Made by a program: the position numbers and the translations under genes
Notes under the pieces: model-generated
Databases searched by the model: none
What the model was told of the DNA's origin: nothing
What the model saw: the letters and a program-made list of their open reading frames with translations, nothing else
Origin: Rebecca billardiae RCC1528
Lineage: Eukaryota > Protista > Haptophyta
NCBI GenBank assembly: GCA_965240325.2
Contig: OZ251236.1
Span: 868,001-932,000, forward strand
Reading direction: 5' to 3'
Length of the DNA stretch: 64,000 nucleotides
Shown here: piece after piece, positions 56,931 to 64,000 of the stretch
Layout: each line of letters begins with the position of its first letter
Position numbering within the stretch: position 1 is the stretch's first letter

Positions 56931-57596
56931 TTAGTGCCCCACCACGTTCTCCTGGAACGCACGTCGCACCGTGCGCACGAACTCCGAGAAGTTGTTCGTC
57001 TCGTTGAGGCGCGCGACGAGCGTTGGCAGGCCCGGCACCGCGGGCGAGCACTTCTCAATGTGGTACGTGTTGGCCGCGTCCACGTACACCTCGAATGAGA
57101 AGGCGCGGGATGGCTCGGACGGATCGATGTGCGTCATGTCCAGCCGCAGCCGGTCCTCGCCCACGCGCTCGAAGGCGAGCCCGAGCCAGCGCCTGTACAT
57201 CGCCGTGCCCTTTGCGAGCTCAGCCGTGCGCTTCTCGCCGATACTCTCTTGCTCGGCGACGGTGCGCTCGAGGTTGGCCTTCGTCGCGGCGAGCTCGTCG
57301 ATCGAGGTCTTGATCGCCGCGCGCTTCGACGGGAGCTCCGCCTGCGTCAGGTTCAGCTCGTCGAGCGTGCCCGCGAGGCGGGATGCGACGCGCTGCGCCT
57401 CGGCCGCGGCTGCCGAGCGATCGTTCAGTTGCGACTTGAGCGTGGACTCCTCCTGCGCGAGCGCCGAGGCGTTCTCCTTCAGAGCGTCGACGGACGCTCG
57501 ATGCGACTCGATGACCTCGTCGTACCCCTTCACCGTGCGCGACGCCCAGCTGTCAAGCTCGGCAGTCACCGACGCGAGCTGCGCCTCGCGCGCCAT
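56931..57596 (-). CDS. SPC25: Kinetochore NDC80-complex subunit Spc25
   Basis: N-terminal coiled coil, then YRRWLGLAFE...LRLDMTHIDPSEPSRAFSF...YHIEKCSP...LNETNNFSEFVRTVRRAF. Confidence 0.9.
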   Translation of the reverse strand: MAREAQLASVTAELDSWASRTVKGYDEVIESHRASVDALKENASALAQEESTLKSQLNDRSAAAAEAQRVASRLAGTLDELNLTQAELPSKRAAIKTSIDELAATKANLERTVAEQESIGEKRTAELAKGTAMYRRWLGLAFERVGEDRLRLDMTHIDPSEPSRAFSFEVYVDAANTYHIEKCSPAVPGLPTLVARLNETNNFSEFVRTVRRAFQENVVGH

Positions 57597-57792
57597 GTCA
57601 CTTGAAACTCTCGCCCTGCCGTTTGACTGGGGCGTAGCCCGAGACGGCGAGACCCACCCGTTTTCGTCCTACAAGTTCCTGTAATCGAAGCAGTATGGTC
57701 CGGGACCGGCGGTGCGAACCCTCCCGGACGGCGATGGCGGCGAACGACTGCGATGCGTCGATCAAGACGGCGCCGTGCGCTTGCTCAGTCGA

Positions 57793-60700
57793 TCAGTCGC
57801 CGCGCTCGGGCTGCCAATCCGTTGGGGCGCCCGCCGGGTGCCACTTGAAGCGCCGCCGCGCGCTCTGCGACGCGCCGTCGCCCGTGCCCCCGCCGTCGTC
57901 GTCGCCGCTGTGCGCGGCGCCGAGCAGGTCCCAGCTCACCGCGCCGAGCTCGAGCTCGCCGCCGCTGGCAAAGCGGAACGTGGCGTGGAAGCTGACGCGC
58001 ACGCGCGCGCCCCGCGCGTGGTGCGGTCCGAGCGCGGCGGAGAGCGTGCCGCACGCCTCGCCGCGGCATGCCATTACGCACTCGTCCGCCGTCGGCGTGA
58101 TCTCGACGAGGCGCGCGCGCCAGCCCGGCGCGAGCGCGGCGCCGAGCGCGGCGTGCCAGCGCCGCACGCCGTCGAGTCCGCGCAGCTGCTCGCGCGCGCC
58201 GACCCAGCTGTCGACCCAGAGGGCGGCGCGGCAGACGTGCCGCTCGAGGGACGCGAACGCCGCGCTCTCGGCCGCGGGCGCGCTCAGCGCGGCCCACAGC
58301 GCGCGCACCGCGCGCTCGCGCGCGGCGCGCGCCGGCTCGGCCTCGGCGCGCGCTCGCGCGGCCGTGATGTGCGCCGAGAGCTGAGACAGCGCGCGCGCGC
58401 CCATCAGGCGGTGTGCGAAGGCGCAGAGCGCCGAGCACTCCAGCCGCGCCTCCGCCGACGCCCACGCCCCCGCAGGCCCGTCCGCCAGCGCGCCGAGCGC
58501 GCCCGCCTCCTCAAGCACCCGCGCAACCAACCCGCTCGGAACGATCGCGACGCGCGCGACCGCCGGCGCGTCGTCTGCCTCGATCTCGGCGGCGGCGGGC
58601 TCGGGCTCGGCGGGGAGCACGGCGTCGGCCTCCGCGCCCGGCGCCGAGAGGTCGTCCTCGCTCGCCACGAGCTCGAAGCACGCCGCGCACGCCTGCAGGT
58701 AGCACGCGCTCAGCCGCAGCGCCCAGACGCGCTCGGCGACGCTCGCGCGCGGCAGCCTTGCAAAGAGCAGGCAGACGCGGCGCGCGGCGCGCAGCGCGGG
58801 CGCGTCGGCGGCGTAGAGCCGGCGGATCGAGCCAGCGTCCGCCGGGCCGGCGCCGCCGTCCGCGCCCTCGCCCGCCGCGCGCGCGCCCCAGTGCAGCGCG
58901 GCGGGCGGCGCGCGCGCGGCGCCCAGATGAGCGAGCGCGGCCGCGAGCGCGTGCGCGTGGTGAGAAGCGAGCGCGCCCGCCGGACCGGACTCGCGGCAGA
59001 GCTGCTGCAGCCGCGCCCACGTGGCGGCGCCGAGCTCGGCGTCCGCGCACGCCGGGCGCAGCAGCACGCGCGCGGCGTGCGCCGCGGCCGCGGCCAGCGC
59101 CGCCTGCGCGCCGCCCACCTGGCCACCCGCCGCGTGAGCGCCGCCGCCGAGCGCGCGAGGCGGCGCGCCCTCGGCGCCTCCGGCGGAGCCTGCGTCGTCT
59201 GGCGCCGGCGCGGTCGGAGCGCCGCGCTTGGGCGCAACGGCGGCGGCGAGGGCGAGCGCCCACCCGTTGAGCACCGCCTCGGCGCGCGCCGACGGCGGCG
59301 GGCCCTCACGCCTCGGCGCGAGGAGCGCCGCGCCGAGTCTGCCGACCGGCCGCGACGCTTCGAGCGCGCTGCCCGCACGCGCGAGCTCCGCAAGCAGCTG
59401 CGCCCACTCGGCCGCGTCGACGCTGCCCGGCACGGGCTGCTGCGCCGGCGGCGCGCGGCCGAGGCCCGCCTGCCAGTCCCCCGCGCGCGGCCCGGCGCCA
59501 TCGCCGTCGGCGGCGGCGTCGCCGGTCCGGGCGCCATCGCCGTCGGCAGCGGCGTCGTCGTCGTCGTCGTCGTCGTCCGCGCCGTCCGCGCCGTCCGCGC
59601 CATCAAGGGTAATCACTTGACGCGCGCCGCCGCGCGCGGCGGGCCGCGCCGCGCCGCGCCGCGCGCCGCGCGCCGAGCCCTGCGCCTCGGCACGCAGCTT
59701 CTCCACGTGCGAGGGCGCGGCGAGCTCGGCGGCGACGAGCACGCCCAGCGCGCGCGCGCACGCGCGCTGCTCGAGTGCGCTCAGCACTGCGTCGTCCTCC
59801 CGCGCCGCCGCGCCGCTCACGCTCGCCGCCACCAGCGCCGGCACGACGGCGAGCCGGAAGTGCGCGGCGTGGAAGAGCTTGAGGTTGCGCGCCGCGCCCA
59901 CGAGCTTGCGCTCCGCCTCGGCCGCGCCGCCGCCGCCGCCGCCCGCTCCGCCGCCGGACAGGCTGCCGAGCATCCGGACCAAACGTGCCGCGTCCTCAGA
60001 GCCGTGAGCGGTCCGCCCGCCGGCGCTGCTGTTGGGCGCGCCGGGCGCGGGCGCGCCGGACGTGCCCCCGAGCTCGACCAGCCGCGCCCTGCCGAGGTCG
60101 ATGTACTGCGCGAGCTCGGGCGCGAGCGCGAGCGCGAGCGCCGAGCATGCGGGCGCGGCGGGCACGGCGGGCGCGCGGCCGGCGCCGCCCGTTGCGCGCC
60201 TGCCGCTGCTAGCGGCAGCGCGCGAGGCGGGAGCGTGCTCGGCGCCGCGCGAGCTCGTCGCGGAGCTGACGCTCCGCTGGAGCAGCCTCGCCAGCTTGAG
60301 GTGCGCGCGCACATTCGCCGCGTCGTCCAGAGGCAGCAGCGCCGTCCACGAGCGACTGATCGCATCGGCCAGGCGGCGCGGCGCGCAAGCCTCGGCCTCA
60401 GCCGGCGCGCCCGGCGCGCCGCCCCCGCCCTCCGCGGCACCGTCGGCGCCCGACGGCGCGGTTCCGAGGGCGGCGGCGGGCGCCGCGCACACATGCTCGA
60501 GCACCCACAGCCCGTAGTCGCTCTGCGTCACGTCACGCTGCCGCGCGCGCGGCGACGGCAGCAGAGGGGCGCGCGCGTGCGCGCGCGCGCCGCCACCGGC
60601 CTCGGCTCCGTCCGCGTCCGCGCCCGCGCCGCGCAGTCGGCCGCGCGCCTCGCGCGCGGCCACCTCTGCGTACGAGTCGAGCGCGTGGCACAGCCGCGCC

Positions 60701-62164
60701 GCGAGCAGCGTCGCGCCCAGCGTGCTCGGCGCTGGCTCCCGCGCAGCCCGCAGCGCGCGTGCCACGTCGTCGAGCGTCACTCGCATCAGCGCCAGCTTTG
60801 GACCGCCCTGCCGCGCGAGCGCTGCGCACAGCCCAAGAACGTGCTCCCAGCGAGCGGGGCGGCCGGAGCACGCGCCGGTGCTCAAGAGCGCGCGCAGCCG
60901 CGTCGCGCTCTCCGCCGCACCGAGCACGCCCGCCAGCTCGCTGTACACGCCGCGCCAGGCGCGCGCGCGCTCCGCGTCGGCGTCGGCGTTGGCGCCGCGC
61001 CCGCGGCCCGGCCGTGCGGAGCCGGCCTCGGCTGGCCGCGGGCCATGCGGCGGATGGGCAGGCCCGGACGGCGCGGCGTCGTCGGCCGGCCGCGTGGGCG
61101 AGGTGCTGCCGCCTGCCCTGCCCTCCGCCCGCGCCGCCGAGACCACCGCGTGCGCCTCGGCGAGCGCCGTGCCCAGGTCTGACGCGGCGCGGCCTCCGCC
61201 CGCGCCGCCCGCGCCGCCGCTGCCGCCGCCCGGTGCCTCCGCACACATGAGCGCCATCCACATCGCATGGGCCAGCGGGCCCGCGGCGGGCGCGCATGGC
61301 GCGTCGAGCGGCGCGTCCCCGCGCGCCCCGCACCCGCCGCCCGCCCTCGCCGCGGCCGCGCCGCCCGGGCCGACGGCGGCAGCACACTCGCCGGCAGCGC
61401 TGGCGCCGCCGTACTCGCGAATGCTCGCCGCGACCCGCTCGAGCAGCTGCGCCTCGGCGGCCGAGGCGCAGCTGCGCGCGAGCTCGCTGACCGTGCGCTT
61501 GCCCAGAAGCGCCATCCGCCCGTCCGAATCGTCGGCCGTCGCCAGCGAGACGAGCTGCGCGATCACCCCTGCGCGGCGCGGAGGCGGGCGCCGAGCGCGC
61601 GCGCGAGCGCGCCGCGCGCGCCGCGCACCGCGTGGTGAGGCTGCGCCCGCGCACCGCGGCGGAGTGCGGGGTGCGGGGCGCGCGCGCGTGGGCGCTCGTC
61701 GCACCTCGACACGCCGGGAGCGCGAGCGGTCCGCGCCCGTGCAGCCGGCGCAGCGCAGCGGCGAGCCGTGGCGCCTCGTCCGCCGTGAGCGCGCACAGCC
61801 ATGCGCTCAAGTACAGCGCGCCCGACGTGTGCAAGGCGTGCGCGGCGAGGACGGGGAGCTCCCGCGGAGGTGCGCCGGCGCGCGTGAGGGCATCCGTGAG
61901 CACGGCGCGCGGGACCGTCGCGCACAGCGCCTTGGCGCGAGAGGCGATCTGCACCATCAGCTGGCAGCTCGATCGCGTGAGCGGCGCGTCGTCCGCGTCG
62001 ACAGCTGCGACCAGGCGGGAGACGAGGGCGTCGGCGCCGGGTGGGGTGGGCGGAGTGGCGAGGGCCTGGCCGGTGCGCTCCTCCAGCGGGCGCGACGGCA
62101 GGCCCGCGCCGCCGTGCCCGCGCGCCAGCAGCACGCGGAGGGTGTCGTCGCCCAACCCACTCAT
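57793..62164 (-). CDS. Large helical protein, FANCA-like, exons 62164-61705, 61568-57793
   Basis: Collinear blocks resembling FANCA as recalled: LHTSGALYL, WEHVLGLCAAL, YGLWV, LLPLDDAANVRAHL, LAQYIDLGRARLVEL, LFHAAHFRLAVVPALV. Confidence 0.6.
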
Positions 62165-62512
62165 CGTTGGCCGCGGCGACTGATCGTTGGCGGAGCCAGT
62201 AGCAAGTCCGGGGGCGTCCCTCCCGACTCCCGCCCCGGCCGAGCGTGCGTCCACTCGGGAAGAGCCGGACATGCACCGTTACAACCTGGTTGATAGTCGC
62301 GAATATGGGTATGGGTTCATATGTACCGAGCCACCCATGCGAGGCTAATACGCACATACCCGCATTTCTATTGGGGCTTATTGTAGTCGTTCCTCTCGTG
62401 AGTCGTGGCTGCGCAGTGCGGGGGAGGGCTGGCGAAAGCAAGAGGGAGGACGCCTTTGCCGAGGCGGGCGGCGAGACTTGGTGGTCAGCGGGCCCGCCCT
62501 GCGTGGGCCACG

Positions 62513-64000
62513 ATGGCTGAGCCACTTGCCTCTCCGCAGGAGGGCCGACGCTCTTCGCACGCCTCCCGATCACCTCGCCCGCCGTCGCGAACCGTGGGCG
62601 ACAAGCGGCTGACATCAGACACGACTTCGCAGGCTGGCAGCCGCCGCTCGAGCAACGCGAGCACGATGGCTGTAGCCGCGGCGCAAGCCGCGGCGAGGCA
62701 TCTGCCTCGACAACTGTCGAGGTCGATGAAGCACCTCGTCTCCCGGCAGAGGAGACTACGGCCGCAGCCGCCCTCGAGCTGGCCGACCGCACATGACTGG
62801 CTCTTTCAGGGCGACATCCACACGCGCGACGAGAATGACGCCGACGCCACGCCGCCAGGCCTCATCTCGTCCGACCAGATGGCGGATATTGCGGGCATCT
62901 GGAAGAAGCTCGGTGCGCGCGCGCGCGTGCTGCCTGCCGTCCGGGCCCGTCAACCCCCACCAGGCGGCTGCGCGCACCCCGTGGCAGCCCGCGCGCTCGC
63001 GCGCCGCGCGCCCTGTGCGGTCCGCCCCTCACCCGCCCCGCTGCTGCCCCGTGCACACCGCCGGGCCGCGGCACGCGCAGACGCCGACGGCAGCGGCTCG
63101 CTCTCGCTCGAGGAGCTCGACAAGGCGCTCAAGCTGCTGGGCTACGAGAACGACGAGGACACGGCCGAGCTCGTCCGGCTGATTGACAAGGACGGCTCGG
63201 GCGTGATTGAATGGGAGGAGTTCCGCACGCTGATGGTGACGAAGGTGGTGGAGGAGTCGAACGAGGTGGAGGTGCGCGCGCGCGCGCGCGGGCTCGCGCC
63301 GCGGGAGCCGCCGCCCGCCGGGCCGACGCGCCTGTCGCCGCACCTCTCGCGCGCGGCACACGCGCACTGCGCGCGCGAAACGCGCATACGCGCGCATGTT
63401 TGCGCGTGCGCGACCGGCGCACGCACGCCCTTACTGTACAGCACGCACCGCTGCTGCGCGCGGGTGTGCCTGGCCCGGCGCCAGATGGACCTGACGTTCG
63501 AGATGCTCGACCTCAATGGCGACGGCGACATCAGCGGCGACGAGCTCAAGGCGCTGCTGATGCACCGCGGCCAGGCGCTCTCGGCCGCGGAGGCGGACGA
63601 CCTGGTGTCGCTGCTCTCAGGGGGGTCGGGCGTGGTGAGCTATGAGACGTTCAGAGAAGGGATGAGCGCGCTGTTCCGGGCGACGCCGTCGACCTCGCTG
63701 GAGAACAGGCACGCCGACACGCCGCAGCGCAAGGCGCGCTTCTCGCGGCCGACGAACGCGAACGGGGCCAGCTACAACTCGCTCCCAGGCGGCGGCGGGC
63801 CGCAGCAGCCGCCGTCGCCAATCTCGGAGAGCAACTCGCTGCCGCCGCCATCGCCCGCGCACGCCGCCGCCGTGAGCGGCAGCATGTGCCACTCGGCAGC
63901 CGCGTCGGAAAACACCGCGTCGTTCTCCGAGGGCGCGGTCGTTGTGGACCGGCAGCGCTCGCGCTCCCTGGAGGAGCGCCAACCCGAGCTCCCGGGCGCG
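62513..64000 (+). CDS. Calmodulin-like EF-hand domain protein, 3' partial; introns 62913-63080 and 63272-63484
   Basis: EF loops DADGSGSLSLEE, DKDGSGVIEWEE, DLNGDGDISGDE. The frame runs off the end of the window. Confidence 0.85.
   Translation, partial: MAEPLASPQEGRRSSHASRSPRPPSRTVGDKRLTSDTTSQAGSRRSSNASTMAVAAAQAAARHLPRQLSRSMKHLVSRQRRLRPQPPSSWPTAHDWLFQGDIHTRDENDADATPPGLISSDQMADIAGIWKKLGARARVLPAVRARQPPPGGCAHPVAARALARRAPCAVRPSPAPLLPRAHRRAAARADADGSGSLSLEELDKALKLLGYENDEDTAELVRLIDKDGSGVIEWEEFRTLMVTKVVEESNEVEVRARARGLAPREPPPAGPTRLSPHLSRAAHAHCARETRIRAHVCACATGARTPLLYSTHRCCARVCLARRQMDLTFEMLDLNGDGDISGDELKALLMHRGQALSAAEADDLVSLLSGGSGVVSYETFREGMSALFRATPSTSLENRHADTPQRKARFSRPTNANGASYNSLPGGGGPQQPPSPISESNSLPPPSPAHAAAVSGSMCHSAAASENTASFSEGAVVVDRQRSRSLEERQPELPGA

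Overview
Very GC-rich eukaryotic nuclear DNA with short GC-rich GT-AG introns. Bipartite plastid-targeting presequences and the gene style suggest a secondary-plastid alga, most likely a haptophyte such as Pavlovales (inference). About 17 protein genes are supportable: a partial His/Gln-rich gene, a GST-IQ-armadillo fusion, an AP2 factor, two ATP-grasp ligases, two near-identical plastid FtsH copies, alternative oxidase, an acyltransferase-3, a membrane-anchored UDP-sugar epimerase/UGM-like/DUF3431-like fusion, SMC6, a small membrane ORF, a MYND protein, a lumenal FKBP, a hybrid histidine kinase, SPC25, a FANCA-like gene and a partial EF-hand gene. The most notable points are: (1) the triple-domain sugar-nucleotide fusion next to an atypical O-acyltransferase; (2) a 6.55-kb nest of non-autonomous inverted-repeat transposons (23883-30436), reconstructable from target-site duplications and an empty-site copy at about 56.55 kb; (3) a likely FANCA homologue outside animals; (4) introns with self-complementary ends; (5) decayed duplication scars beside the FtsH pair and the transposon island. 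Most long ORFs in the supplied track are antisense or frame shadows of high GC. All family calls are from by-eye motif recognition, not database searches.
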